From an uncultured delta proteobacterium (GTDB lineage: Bacteria > Desulfobacterota > Desulfobaccia > Desulfobaccales > 0-14-0-80-60-11), in contig CAWETI010000002.1 of NCBI GenBank assembly GCA_963812015.1, positions 1,568,001 to 1,632,000 on the forward strand: a DNA stretch of 64,000 nt, read 5' to 3'. Under the pieces are notes generated by a model. The model saw nothing but the letters and a program-made list of their open reading frames with translations. It had not been told where the DNA came from and did not search any database. The first letter of the stretch is position 1. Each line of letters opens with the position of its first letter. The position numbers were made by a program, and so were the translations under genes. This document shows positions 1-9,624 of the stretch, piece by piece.

Positions 1-479
1 TGGTCTGGGCCGGATTTATCCTGGGGATCGCGGTGCTCTTGGGGCTGGCGCAGCAGTGGCCCCTGGTGCGCCAATCCTGGCGGGGCGAACTCGCGGCCCG
101 GCTGGAGCAGGTGCGGAGCCAGCGGCGCCAGGAACAGTTCCAGGGCGTAAAAACGATCAATCTGCCCCAGGCTTACGCCCAGTTTCAAGGGGGCCAAGCC
201 CTGTTCATTGACGCCCGGAAGCCTGACGAGTACGCGGAGTTGCATATCTCCAAGGCCCTGAATATCACCCCGAGTATGCTGGAAGCCGGCGGGGCCGAGA
301 AGGTGGCGGGCCTCGCCAAAGACCGGGAGATCGTGGTGTATTGCGACCAGGTTAGCTGCGACCTGGCCCTGCGGGTGGCGGAGCAACTCCAGGCCCTGGG
401 ATTTACCCGGGTGACGGCCTTTGTGGGGGGCTTTAAGGCGTGGGATGAAGCCGGCTACCCGGCGGATACGAGTAAATAG
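1..479 (+). CDS. Rhodanese-like domain protein with N-terminal membrane anchor (5' truncated by window edge)
   Basis: Frame is open from base 3; LFIDAR..EY..LHI..A.NI, IVVYCDQVSC active-site loop and GGFKAW..AGYP C-terminal rhodanese signature. Confidence 0.85.
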   Translation, partial: VWAGFILGIAVLLGLAQQWPLVRQSWRGELAARLEQVRSQRRQEQFQGVKTINLPQAYAQFQGGQALFIDARKPDEYAELHISKALNITPSMLEAGGAEKVAGLAKDREIVVYCDQVSCDLALRVAEQLQALGFTRVTAFVGGFKAWDEAGYPADTSK

Positions 480-480
480 C

Positions 481-790
481 AGGGGAAAAAGGGAAAAACG
501 CGAAAAGGGGAAAAGGAAAAACCAAGAAATTTTTCATATACAGCCCAGCTTGACCCTGTTCAGGAGAACTGTGGAAAATCTCTTAGGGACATGATTTATC
601 ACTCTCAGGGTGCAATGAATTACGGGTCTGCCAAAGGTCATTTTGCGATAAGTTTCTGAAACTGGATCAGGTTTTTCATGCTTTTATATAATATTCGCAA
701 TTTTCGCTAAGGTAACGAATATGGTTCTATTTAATAAAGATATTACCCGCTTTCCCTTTTCGCCTTTTTCCCTTTTCGCCTTTTCCCCCT
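481..790. repeat. Inverted pair of 8-bp-unit tandem repeats (GGGAAAAA/GGCGAAAA at 481-520; complement at 751-790) around an AT-rich spacer
   Basis: Reverse complement of 751-790 reads AGGGGGAAAA GGCGAAAA GGGAAAAA GGCGAAAA GGGAAA, matching the periodic tract at 481-520. Confidence 0.7.
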
Positions 791-809
791 ATCTTTTTGG
801 GAGTGAGCC

Positions 810-1280
810 TTGCGGATAAGCAGCAGCTTTATTGCCCTCCGGATGCTGGAAGTGGTGTTGGGCGGGCTCTTTGTTTACGCCGGCCTGCAAAAATCCTTGC
901 ACCCCTATGAATTCGCCGAGGCCGTGCTGGCTTACCGATTGGTGCCGGAGGGCCTGGTGGGGGTGGTGGTGGCGGTACTGCCGTGGGTGGAGATCGTTGC
1001 GGGGCTCACCCTGGTTGTAGGGCTGAAGCGGCGGAGCGGCCTGCTTCTCCTGGCCGGCCTGGTGGGAGGTTTCCTGGCCATCATCCTCATCAGCATGGCC
1101 CGGGGGCTCAAAATCGACTGCGGCTGCGGCCTGTTTTTTCAACGGCAGGTGGGGCTGGTCGCGGTTATGGAAGATGCGGTTTTTCTGATCTGGGCTGCGG
1201 GGCTCTATGTTTGGGAGCGCCAGACGGCGGGTCGTGCCCACCCTATATTTTTTTCCCGAAAAACGAAAACCGAAAACTGA
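810..1280 (+). CDS. MauE/DoxX family membrane protein
   Basis: LGGLFVYAG..K, LPWVEIVAG and RGL.IDCGCG motifs; 4 hydrophobic segments. Confidence 0.85.
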   Translation: MRISSSFIALRMLEVVLGGLFVYAGLQKSLHPYEFAEAVLAYRLVPEGLVGVVVAVLPWVEIVAGLTLVVGLKRRSGLLLLAGLVGGFLAIILISMARGLKIDCGCGLFFQRQVGLVAVMEDAVFLIWAAGLYVWERQTAGRAHPIFFSRKTKTEN

Positions 1281-1284
1281 AAAA
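1257..1284 (+). repeat. 7-bp tandem repeat (CGAAAAC-like x4) over the MauE stop codon
   Basis: cgaaaaa cgaaaac cgaaaac tgaaaaa. Confidence 0.6.
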
Positions 1285-1289
1285 TCCCC

Positions 1290-1991
1290 ATGGCCAGATT
1301 CTTTAATTTTTACGATCCGTTGGAGAAACGCTACGTCTTCAACAGCTTCCTGGTGGTGGTGGGGCTGGTGGAGATCCTCATCCTGGTCTTCACCCTCATC
1401 TGGTCAATGGATGAAGGCATCTTCACCGATCATCCGAAAATCATCCCGTTCCCCTGGACGGTATACCTGTTGGCCGCGTTCGTTGCCCCCATCGTCTTGT
1501 TGTTTCTCTTCGGCGTCATCATCCAGGGATTCGAACTGCTCTGCCAAGAGACCCCGGCGGACACCCCTGGCGGTCCCCGGAACCTATGGGGCCCCCGGCT
1601 AGGGCGGATTCGCTACCTTCTGGGGCTCCTGGCCTTCGTGGCGGTTCTGGGGCTCGCCCTGCAGGGGAAGAACGCCCTGCCGCTGGCGGCGGCGGCCATC
1701 AAGTTCGTCGGGCTGGGGGGAGCCTATGGGCTCGTCGCCCTATTGGCCCTGGCGCTGCTCTATCTGCCGCTGCGTCTTTGGCTGCAATACCGCCTTAAAA
1801 AGCAGGCCATGGAGTATCAATACCTTTTGACCCTGGCGGAGCGGCACGGGGTGGTGGTGGTGGACCCAAAACTCCATCCGGAGCTGGCGGCAGAGCTGGA
1901 GGCGAAAAAAAATTTATCCGCTCCAGCCGTAACTCTGCTGGCTGGTCCGGATTTTTCGGAAGACCCCGGCCCCAATAAATCGGACTTGTGA
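1290..1991 (+). CDS. Hypothetical integral membrane protein
   Basis: 233-aa ORF with about 4 hydrophobic helices, in operon position. Confidence 0.7.
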   Translation: MARFFNFYDPLEKRYVFNSFLVVVGLVEILILVFTLIWSMDEGIFTDHPKIIPFPWTVYLLAAFVAPIVLLFLFGVIIQGFELLCQETPADTPGGPRNLWGPRLGRIRYLLGLLAFVAVLGLALQGKNALPLAAAAIKFVGLGGAYGLVALLALALLYLPLRLWLQYRLKKQAMEYQYLLTLAERHGVVVVDPKLHPELAAELEAKKNLSAPAVTLLAGPDFSEDPGPNKSDL

Positions 1992-2156
1992 AATTTTTCC
2001 TTTACACCCGGTGCCTTTTTGGGGTATGAATTGACATTCAGCTAATAAATTGCTCACAGTTCCAGAAACAGGGTAGGGGAGGTGATGCAAGGTTAGCTCG
2101 GAAGTTTTGGTTAAAGACCTTAAATCTTAAGGAAATCATTACGTTATAGGAGGGAA

Positions 2157-4235
2157 GTGGACAGTATGGATATTATGAGCTTTGCGTTGATTTGTGGTGC
2201 AGTGGGCGTGGCCTATGGCCTGTTCACCACCACCTGGGTCCTGAAACAGGATGCCGGCAATCCCCGGATGCAGGAAATCTCCGCGGCGGTGCGGGAAGGG
2301 GCCAATGCCTTCCTGAACCGGCAGTATAAGACCGTGGCCATGGTTGGCGCGGTGGTCTTCGTGCTCCTGTTCGCCCTGGGCAAATACACCGCCATCGGCT
2401 TCGTCATCGGCGCGGCGGGTTCGGCCCTGGCCGGTTATGTCGGCATGTACGTGTCGGTGCGGGCTAATGTGCGCACCGCCCAGGCGGCTTTCACCAGCAT
2501 GGCCCACGCCCTGAAAGTATCCTTCCGGGGCGGCTCCGTCACCGGCATGCTGGTAGTAGGCCTGGCCCTGTTGAGCGTGGCCGGCTACTACAAATTCTTG
2601 ATGACGGCTGCTCCCGAGCATGCCATGCACGCCCTGATCGGTCTGGGCTTCGGCTGCTCCCTGGTGAGCGTCTTCGCCCGGTTGGGCGGCGGCATCTACA
2701 CCAAGGCGGCGGACGTGGGCGCCGACCTGGTGGGTAAAGTGGAAGCGGGCATCCCCGAAGACGACCCCCGGAACCCGGCGGTTATCGCCGACCAAGTGGG
2801 CGACAACGTGGGTGACTGCGCCGGTATGGCCGCCGACCTTTACGAGACTTACGTCGTGACCGTGGTGGCCGCCATGCTGCTGGCCTTCACCGTGTACGGC
2901 GCCGGCTCCAATGCCATCGTCTTCCCCATGGTCATCGGCGGCGTGTCCATCATCGCCTCGGTTATCGGCACCTACTTTGTCCGGCTGGGCAAAGGCGGCT
3001 ACGTCATGGGCGCCCTGTATAAGGGACTGGCTGCGGCGGGCATTTTGGCGATCATCGCTTTCTACCCCCTGGTTAACAAGTTCATGGCCGGCGTGGCCTC
3101 TAAGGCCGCCCAGGGCGCCGTGGGTTTTGCGATTCCGACCTTTAACGTCTTCCTGCTGGCGGTGATCGGCGTATTGCTCACCGGGCTGATCGTGGGTATT
3201 ACCGAATACTTCACCTCCAAGAGCTTTAATCCGGTGAAGTCCATTGCCAAGGCCTCCACCACCGGCCACGGCACCAACGTCATCCAGGGCCTGGCCATGT
3301 CCATGAAGTCCACGGCGGCGCCGGTTATCGTCATCGTCGGGGCCATCCTGGCGGCCTTCCACCTGGGCGGCGGTTTGGCCCACCCCGGCACCGGCCTCTA
3401 CGCCATTGCGCTGACCGCGGTGGCCATGCTTTCCATGACCGGTATCGTGGTGGCCATTGACTCTTACGGTCCCATCACCGATAACGCCGGCGGCATCGCC
3501 GAAATGTCGGAACTGCCGCAAGAGATCCGGGACATCACCGATCCCCTGGATGCGGTGGGCAACACCACCAAGGCCGTCACCAAGGGTTACGCCATCGGCT
3601 CTGCCGGTCTGGCCGCCCTGGTGCTCTTCGCCGAGTACTCCCGCTCCTTCCCCGGGGTCATGACCTTTGACTTGTCCGACCCCCGGGTCATCGCCGGCCT
3701 GTTCATCGGCGGGCTGCTGCCTTACTTCTTCGCCGCTCTGTGCATGGAGGCCGTAGGTAAGGCCGCCGGCGGCGTGGTTGAGGAAGTGCGCCGTCAGTTC
3801 CGGGAAATCCCCGGCATCATGGAAGGCACCGGCAAACCCGAATACGGCACCTGCGTTGACATCGTCACCAAGAGCGCCCTGCGCCAGATGATGCTGCCGG
3901 CCCTGATCCCGGTGTGCGCGCCCCTGATCGTGGGCTTCATGCCCGGCCTGGGTCCCGTAGCCCTGGGCGGCATGCTCATCGGCTCCATCGTCACCGGCTT
4001 GTTCCTGGCCATTGCCATGACCTCCGGCGGCGGCGCCTGGGATAATGCCAAGAAGGCCATCGAAGACGGCCTCTACGGCGGCAAGGGCAGTGACGCCCAC
4101 AAAGCCGCGGTCACCGGCGACACCGTAGGCGACCCCTACAAAGACACCGCCGGCCCCGCCATCAACCCGATGATCAAGGTCGTCAACATCGTGGCCCTGT
4201 TGATCGTGCCCCTGCTCATCAAGTACCTGAAATAA
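2157..4235 (+). CDS. hppA: Membrane-bound H+-translocating pyrophosphatase, K+-independent type
   Basis: [43 protein letters not shown] and [14 protein letters not shown] motifs; GNTTKA has Lys at the K+-dependence determinant. Confidence 0.97.
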   Translation: MDSMDIMSFALICGAVGVAYGLFTTTWVLKQDAGNPRMQEISAAVREGANAFLNRQYKTVAMVGAVVFVLLFALGKYTAIGFVIGAAGSALAGYVGMYVSVRANVRTAQAAFTSMAHALKVSFRGGSVTGMLVVGLALLSVAGYYKFLMTAAPEHAMHALIGLGFGCSLVSVFARLGGGIYTKAADVGADLVGKVEAGIPEDDPRNPAVIADQVGDNVGDCAGMAADLYETYVVTVVAAMLLAFTVYGAGSNAIVFPMVIGGVSIIASVIGTYFVRLGKGGYVMGALYKGLAAAGILAIIAFYPLVNKFMAGVASKAAQGAVGFAIPTFNVFLLAVIGVLLTGLIVGITEYFTSKSFNPVKSIAKASTTGHGTNVIQGLAMSMKSTAAPVIVIVGAILAAFHLGGGLAHPGTGLYAIALTAVAMLSMTGIVVAIDSYGPITDNAGGIAEMSELPQEIRDITDPLDAVGNTTKAVTKGYAIGSAGLAALVLFAEYSRSFPGVMTFDLSDPRVIAGLFIGGLLPYFFAALCMEAVGKAAGGVVEEVRRQFREIPGIMEGTGKPEYGTCVDIVTKSALRQMMLPALIPVCAPLIVGFMPGLGPVALGGMLIGSIVTGLFLAIAMTSGGGAWDNAKKAIEDGLYGGKGSDAHKAAVTGDTVGDPYKDTAGPAINPMIKVVNIVALLIVPLLIKYLK

Positions 4236-4278
4236 TATCTTGCAGGGTGCGCCCGGCGCCCCCTGCCTCGAACCAAGG

Positions 4279-4308
4279 AGCCGGCCCCGTCTGGGGCCGG
4301 CTTTTTTT
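4279..4308 (+). terminator. Rho-independent terminator of hppA
   Basis: AGCCGGCCCC-gtct-GGGGCCGGCT followed by T run. Confidence 0.9.
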
Positions 4309-4366
4309 GTGGGCGATGTAATCGGCAACTTAGGGGAATTTGTGGTAATATGCTAATTGGCTTTAT

Positions 4367-4385
4367 CTTTGCGTCTTTGCGAGAG
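4367..4385. repeat. Left arm of 19-bp perfect inverted repeat flanking the GxxExxY gene
   Basis: CTTTGCGTCTTTGCGAGAG is the exact reverse complement of 4775-4793. Confidence 0.9.
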
Positions 4386-4389
4386 AAAA

Positions 4390-4773
4390 ATGCACGAAAA
4401 TGATATCACGAGACTGATTGTGGGTGCTTCATATAAAATACATACCACGCTAGGTCCAGGTCTCCTGGAGTCAGTTTATGAAGCCGTGCTTTTTTACGAA
4501 TTGGAAGAGCTGGGGTTGGTAGTGGCCCGCCAGGTTCCCATCCCCGTGGTCTATTCAGAAATTAAGTTTGATGAAGGCTTTCGTGCAGACTTGATAGTAG
4601 CTGGAAAAGTGATTGTAGAATTGAAGTCCATTGAGAAAGTGGCGCCTGTTCATAAGAAGCAGCTTCTTACTTACCTAAAATTGGCTGATAAGCGGCTTGG
4701 ATTGTTGATTAATTTTGGAGAGGCGCTGATTAAGTATGGCATTACTCGCATAGTAAACCAACTTCCTGATTAG
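4390..4773 (+). CDS. GxxExxY protein (PD-(D/E)XK nuclease-like fold)
   Basis: GPGLLESVYE motif, RADLIV..KVIVELKS, QLLTYLK..GLLINFG; AT-richer than neighbours. Confidence 0.93.
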   Translation: MHENDITRLIVGASYKIHTTLGPGLLESVYEAVLFYELEELGLVVARQVPIPVVYSEIKFDEGFRADLIVAGKVIVELKSIEKVAPVHKKQLLTYLKLADKRLGLLINFGEALIKYGITRIVNQLPD

Positions 4774-4774
4774 G

Positions 4775-4808
4775 CTCTCGCAAAGACGCAAAGACGCAAA
4801 GGCGCAAA
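4775..4808. repeat. Right arm: CTCT + (CGCAAAGA)-unit tandem repeat
   Basis: ctct cgcaaaga cgcaaaga cgcaaagg cgcaaa. Confidence 0.9.
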
Positions 4809-4812
4809 TAAA

Positions 4813-6459
4813 ATGGACAACTGGAAAAACCAGCTTTTTTTCGGGGACAATCTGGAGATTCTGCGGAGCGGCCGTATTCCCGTGGGGAGCGTGGACCTGG
4901 TTTATCTGGACCCGCCGTTCAACTCCAACGCCACCTACAATATCCTGTTTGCGGAAAAGAGCGGGGAGAAGTCCGCGGCCCAGATCACTGCGTTCGAGGA
5001 CACCTGGCACTGGGGCGAGGAAGCCATGACGGCCTATGACGACGCCATGAAACTCGGCGCGCCCCGCCTGGCGGACCTGCTCCAGGCCCTCCGGGCCTTC
5101 CTGGGCCAAAACGACATGATGGCCTACCTCACCATGATGGCAGTGCGCCTGGTGGAACTGCACCGGGTCCTGAAGCCCACGGGGTCTTTGTACCTGCATT
5201 GTGATCCCACCGCGAGTCATTATATCAAGCTACTTTTAGATGCAATATTTAGCCCAAAGAATTTTAGAAATGAAATAATCTGGAAGAGAACCAGTGCGCA
5301 CAGCAGTGCCAAAAGATTGGGACCAATTCACGATACAATTTTTTATTATACAAAAACTGATTCTTATATGTGGAATCCTCTATATACCGAACATGCTGAG
5401 AAATATATTAGATCTCATTACTCCCAAATCGACGGCGAGGGGCGGAGATGGACTGCAAGCGATCTTACGGCAAACGGCATTCGGCATGGTTCATCCGGTG
5501 GGCCATGGCGAGGATTTGATGTTACTGCTAAAGGAAATCATTGGAAATTTAAAATTGAAAAATTAGAGCAATTAGATGCAGACGGAAGAATATATTGGCC
5601 TGCTGGTGGAGGCTGGCCACGGTATAAAAGATATTTGGATGAATTGAAAGGCGTCTCTCTTCAAGATTTATGGGATGATATTCCACCAATCAATGCAGTT
5701 GCCAAAGAACGCCTGGGCTACCCCACCCAAAAGCCCGAAGCCCTGTTGGAGCGGATAATCCAGGCCTCCAGTAATGAAGGCGATATCGTGCTGGACCCCT
5801 TCTGCGGCTGCGGCACCACCATTACCGTGGCGGAGCGCCTGCACCGCCGCTGGATCGGCATTGACATCACCCATCTGGCCATCACCCTGATCAAGAAGCG
5901 GTTGCACGACACGTATGGCCCGGAGTTGGCCCCTTATGAAGTGATCGGCGAGCCCGCCGACGCCATGGGGGCCGAGGCTTTGGCGGAGCAGAATCGCCAC
6001 CAGTTCGAGTGGTGGGCCTTGGGGCTGGTGGAAGCCTTCCCGGCCCAGGACAAGAAAAAGGGGGCGGACAAGGGGGTGGACGGGGTGATCTATTTCAAGG
6101 ACGACGCCGGCGGCGTGCATAAGAAAATCATCGTCCAGGTGAAGAGCGGCCACGTCGGCTCGGGCCAGGTCCGGGATTTGAAAGGGGTCCTGGAGCGGGA
6201 CCAGGCGGCCATCGGGGCGCTCATCAGCCTGAAGCCGCCCACCCGGGATATGAGGGTGGAAGCCGCGGCCGCGGGTTTCTATGTGCCGGAGCAGTTCCCG
6301 GAGCATCGTTTTCCGCGTCTCCAGATTCTCACCATCGCCGAACTCTTCGCCGGCAAGAAGCTGGAATATCCCCAATGGGCGCCGTCTTCGACCTTTAAAA
6401 AAGCGGCCCGCCGCCGCAAAGGCCCCAGCGATGAAGAGAGGCAGGGGGAATTGCTGTGA
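4813..6459 (+). CDS. Beta-class N6/N4 DNA methyltransferase fused to a C-terminal Mrr-like restriction endonuclease domain
   Basis: DPPF catalytic motif precedes LDPFCGCGTT SAM motif; YPTQKP; C-terminal D.G.DG..IIVQVKSG nuclease motif. Confidence 0.9.
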   Translation: MDNWKNQLFFGDNLEILRSGRIPVGSVDLVYLDPPFNSNATYNILFAEKSGEKSAAQITAFEDTWHWGEEAMTAYDDAMKLGAPRLADLLQALRAFLGQNDMMAYLTMMAVRLVELHRVLKPTGSLYLHCDPTASHYIKLLLDAIFSPKNFRNEIIWKRTSAHSSAKRLGPIHDTIFYYTKTDSYMWNPLYTEHAEKYIRSHYSQIDGEGRRWTASDLTANGIRHGSSGGPWRGFDVTAKGNHWKFKIEKLEQLDADGRIYWPAGGGWPRYKRYLDELKGVSLQDLWDDIPPINAVAKERLGYPTQKPEALLERIIQASSNEGDIVLDPFCGCGTTITVAERLHRRWIGIDITHLAITLIKKRLHDTYGPELAPYEVIGEPADAMGAEALAEQNRHQFEWWALGLVEAFPAQDKKKGADKGVDGVIYFKDDAGGVHKKIIVQVKSGHVGSGQVRDLKGVLERDQAAIGALISLKPPTRDMRVEAAAAGFYVPEQFPEHRFPRLQILTIAELFAGKKLEYPQWAPSSTFKKAARRRKGPSDEERQGELL

Positions 6460-6469
6460 ACCTTTGTGC

Positions 6470-6556
6470 CTCGCAAAGACGCCAAGGCGCAAAGGAAGTA
6501 GTGTGCGCTCTGCGCATACTACTTGATATCTTTGCGTCTTTGCGCCTTGGCGTGAG
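6470..6556. repeat. Palindromic REPIN-like element built from the same CGCAAAGA/CGCCAAGG units
   Basis: ctcgcaaagacgccaaggcgcaaag - inner hairpin aagtagtgtgcgc/gcgcatactactt - ctttgcgtctttgcgccttggcgtgag. Confidence 0.85.
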
Positions 6557-6569
6557 ACTATAGTGAATC

Positions 6570-8276
6570 TTGGATCGCGCATCCGACACTCAAGATAAAC
6601 GGGACTGGCCTTTCCTCCTGGGATTATTCCTGGCGGGGCTGGTGCTGTTTTTCTACCGCCTGGGGGCTCCGGGGCTCATGGACCCGGACGAGGGAAGGTA
6701 CGCCGAGATCGCCCGGGAGTTTTTCGTCCGGCGGGATTGGCTCATCCCCCACCTCAATCTGCTGCCCTACCTGGAGAAGCCGCCCCTGGTCTACTGGCTT
6801 ACGGCGTTGAGCTTCAAGGTCTTGGGCGAAACCGAACTGGCGGCCCGCCTGCCGTCGGCCCTCAGCGCCCTGGCCGGGCTGTTCCTGGCCTACGGGCTGG
6901 GCCGGGCGATGTGGGGGCCCCTGGCCGGGGTCCTGGGCGCCCTGGTCCTGGCCACCGCAGCCGGTTACGTGGCCCTGGGCCGGATTCTCACCCTGGACAT
7001 GACCTTCGCCCTGTTCCTGAATCTGGGGATCGGCCTGGGATACCTGGCCCTGAGCCGGGAGCGGGTGCGGCTGTGGCCCTGGGCTTATGGGGCGTTGGCC
7101 CTGGCGGTCCTGACCAAGGGACCGGTGGCGCTGGTGCTGGCCGGGCTCACCTGGGGTCTCGGGGCGTTGTTCATGAAACAGGGGGTTCAAGAGAAGGCAG
7201 GGGAACGAGGCAGTATTTTTTCCCGGCTGCGTTCACTCTGGCGGCGGCGCCCCTGGCAAGCCCTGATCCAGCCTCGAAGCTGGGGCCTTCTTTTGCTCAT
7301 CACCCTACCGTGGTTTGTCTACGTGCAGTGGCGCTACCCGGAGTTCTTCCGGTTTTTTATCCTGGAGCAGCATCTGGGCCGATTTCTGACCCCGGCCATT
7401 CATCCCGAGCCCTTGCTGTTCTATGTCCCGGTGCTCCTGGGGCTGCTGCTGCCCTGGACCTGGCTTCTGCCCTGGGCCCTGGGGGTGAAGAGCCGGTGGC
7501 GGGACCGGGACTGGCAATTCCTGGCGATCTGGGCCGGGGTGATTGTGGTCTTTTTTTCCCTGTCCCGGGGCAAGCTTGTGCCTTACATCCTGCCGGCGCT
7601 GCTGCCCCTGGCGTTACTGGTGGGGCACAGCTTAGGGCTGCTCGCCGGGGCCGGGCGGTTATCCTTCAACAGCCGGACGCTCAAGGCCAGCCTGGTGGTT
7701 TGGGCCGTTACCGGCGTGGCGCTGGTGGCCCTCAGCCTCCGGCCCCCGGCGCCTTTAGTCCAGGCCCTGGCCAAGGGCAACCTTGTCAGGCCCTATCTCC
7801 TGACGCTCGCCCTGATTTGGGCCCTGACCCCCCTGGCCGCCCTGGTTTGGCGGCACCTGGGGGCGCTGCTACTGGGGGCGCTCCTGCTCGCGGCCCTGAT
7901 GCCCCTGGGCATCGACCAGGTGAGCCGGGGGCGCTCGTTTAAGGATATGGGCCTGGCGCTCAAGTCGGGATGGCAGCCCGGGGCGGCTCTGGTGGGGATG
8001 CAGCTTTATTCCCAGGGGCTGAGCTTTTACAGCGGCCACATCTTCCATCTTTTGGGCTGCCGCACCGAGCTGGACTTCGGGGAGCGCCTGGCGCCGGAGC
8101 AAGGGTTATGTCTGGCCGATAAGGCGGCGTTGCCGGCCTTTACCGGGGCGCGTCCGCTCACTTATTTTTTCCTCAAGGCGGACGATCTTACCTGGCTCAA
8201 GGAGGGGCTGCCGGGAAAATTCCACCGGCTGGCCGCGCATAAGGATTGTATTTTAGTGACCTATGAGGGAAAATGA
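6570..8276 (+). CDS. ArnT/PMT-family (GT-C) glycosyltransferase, 4-amino-4-deoxy-L-arabinose transferase-like
   Basis: DPDEGRYAEIARE, YLEKPPLVYW, LTKGPV, K...YILP motifs; multiple TM helices. Confidence 0.9.
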   Translation: MDRASDTQDKRDWPFLLGLFLAGLVLFFYRLGAPGLMDPDEGRYAEIAREFFVRRDWLIPHLNLLPYLEKPPLVYWLTALSFKVLGETELAARLPSALSALAGLFLAYGLGRAMWGPLAGVLGALVLATAAGYVALGRILTLDMTFALFLNLGIGLGYLALSRERVRLWPWAYGALALAVLTKGPVALVLAGLTWGLGALFMKQGVQEKAGERGSIFSRLRSLWRRRPWQALIQPRSWGLLLLITLPWFVYVQWRYPEFFRFFILEQHLGRFLTPAIHPEPLLFYVPVLLGLLLPWTWLLPWALGVKSRWRDRDWQFLAIWAGVIVVFFSLSRGKLVPYILPALLPLALLVGHSLGLLAGAGRLSFNSRTLKASLVVWAVTGVALVALSLRPPAPLVQALAKGNLVRPYLLTLALIWALTPLAALVWRHLGALLLGALLLAALMPLGIDQVSRGRSFKDMGLALKSGWQPGAALVGMQLYSQGLSFYSGHIFHLLGCRTELDFGERLAPEQGLCLADKAALPAFTGARPLTYFFLKADDLTWLKEGLPGKFHRLAAHKDCILVTYEGK

Positions 8277-8324
8277 AGCGGTCGTAGAGTCGCCGCCCAT
8301 CGAGTCCGAGAAAATCAACCTATC

Positions 8325-9479
8325 ATGCCCCAAATCCTTTACCGCTATTTGATCCTGGAAATCCTGCCCCCCTTTGGGGTGAGCCTGCTGGGCTTCACCG
8401 CCATCGTGTTTCTGGGGCGCATGATGAAGATCACCCAGATGATCGTGGTCAAGGGGGTGGGTCTCATCGACGTCCTGAAGATGTGCGCCTTTCTGCTGCC
8501 CTATCTGCTGGTGTTCACCCTGCCCATGGCGGCCACGGTGGGGATTTTGCTGGCCATGACCCGGCTGTCGGCGGACCAGGAAGTGATCGCCATGAAGACC
8601 GCGGGGTTAAGCTTTGCCCAACTGCTGCCGCCGGTCCTGGGGTTTGCTATGGCGGTGGGGCTGCTCTCCCTGGGCCTGACGGTTTTTGCCAGCCCCTGGG
8701 GGCAGCGGTCGACCAAAGATTTGATGAAGGATGTGGTCAAGCGGCGGGCCGATATGGGCATCCAAGAACAGACGTTTAATACCGACTTCAACGGCATGAT
8801 GCTGTTTGTCAATCACGTCGTCCGCAAGGGCGGCCACCTGGAAGGGGTGTTCGCCTATGATTTCCGGGACCAGGAGAATCCCCTGACCATTTATGCCGAG
8901 CAGGGGGACTTGAGCTACGACCGGGAGCAGGAAACCATGCTCATGCAGCTCTATGACGGGCGGATCCTGCGGTGGGAGAAAGAGCCGCACCGCTGGCAAG
9001 CCATGGAGTTCAAGACCTATAAACTGCCCCTGGAGGTCTTTAAATTTGCCCTACAGGGGGCTAAATCCGAGTCGGAAATGACTTTGGGGGAATTGCGGGG
9101 CATCGTGGCGACGGAGCCCCGGGGGTCGGACGCCTCCAACCGGGCCCTGGTGGAGGTGAACCAGCGGTTTGCCCTGCCGGTAGGGGCGATGCTGCTCTGT
9201 CTGATGGCCATGCCCCTGGGTTTGAGTCCCCGGCAACACGGGCGCACCTGGGGCCTGGTCCTGGGCCTGGTGGTGTTCCTGGTGTACTATGTAATTTTTA
9301 CCGCGTCATGGCGTCTGGCCGTCAACGCCCGGATCAATCCGGCCCTGGCGCCCTGGCTCTCCAATTTCCTGTTCATCTGGGTGGCCCTCTATTTCTGGCG
9401 CCGGACGGTGCGGGAGATGCCATTGCTGCCGGACTGGGTGGTTTGGCGGATCAGGCGCCGGTCCACCGCCGGTGGGTAA
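8325..9479 (+). CDS. lptF: LPS export ABC transporter permease LptF (YjgP/YjgQ family)
   Basis: ILYRYL..EI..PF, RLSADQEVIAMKTAGLS, 3 TM + periplasmic domain + 3 TM. Confidence 0.88.
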   Translation: MPQILYRYLILEILPPFGVSLLGFTAIVFLGRMMKITQMIVVKGVGLIDVLKMCAFLLPYLLVFTLPMAATVGILLAMTRLSADQEVIAMKTAGLSFAQLLPPVLGFAMAVGLLSLGLTVFASPWGQRSTKDLMKDVVKRRADMGIQEQTFNTDFNGMMLFVNHVVRKGGHLEGVFAYDFRDQENPLTIYAEQGDLSYDREQETMLMQLYDGRILRWEKEPHRWQAMEFKTYKLPLEVFKFALQGAKSESEMTLGELRGIVATEPRGSDASNRALVEVNQRFALPVGAMLLCLMAMPLGLSPRQHGRTWGLVLGLVVFLVYYVIFTASWRLAVNARINPALAPWLSNFLFIWVALYFWRRTVREMPLLPDWVVWRIRRRSTAGG

Positions 9480-9624
9480 AGGGGAGCAGCAGGGCCGGGG
9501 GAGCGATTTTCCCAGACGGTCTTTTTCTATATTTCCCGATAACATGATAAGGTTCGACAACCTGAGAGAAAACGCACACATGGGGTGAGTTATTTCCGAG
9601 TTAGATAAACTCAGCGGCGCCCGC

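Noticed and set aside
2139..4328. 729-aa antisense ORF over hppA (also 13051-14553, 37769-39070, 10654-11706 and similar)
   Set aside because: Shadow ORFs produced by GC-rich codon bias opposite well-supported genes; no motifs
4367..6556. CGCAAAGA repeats as a CRISPR array or integron attC sites
   Set aside because: No regular repeat-spacer period, no cas genes, no integron integrase and no attC core boxes
8325..9479. lptF without an adjacent lptG
   Set aside because: Split lptF/lptG loci are not unusual, and the partner may be elsewhere in the genome
9580..9588. ATG-GGG-TGA in frame with the epimerase as selenocysteine readthrough
   Set aside because: No Cys is expected at this position in SDR epimerases and no evident SECIS hairpin follows
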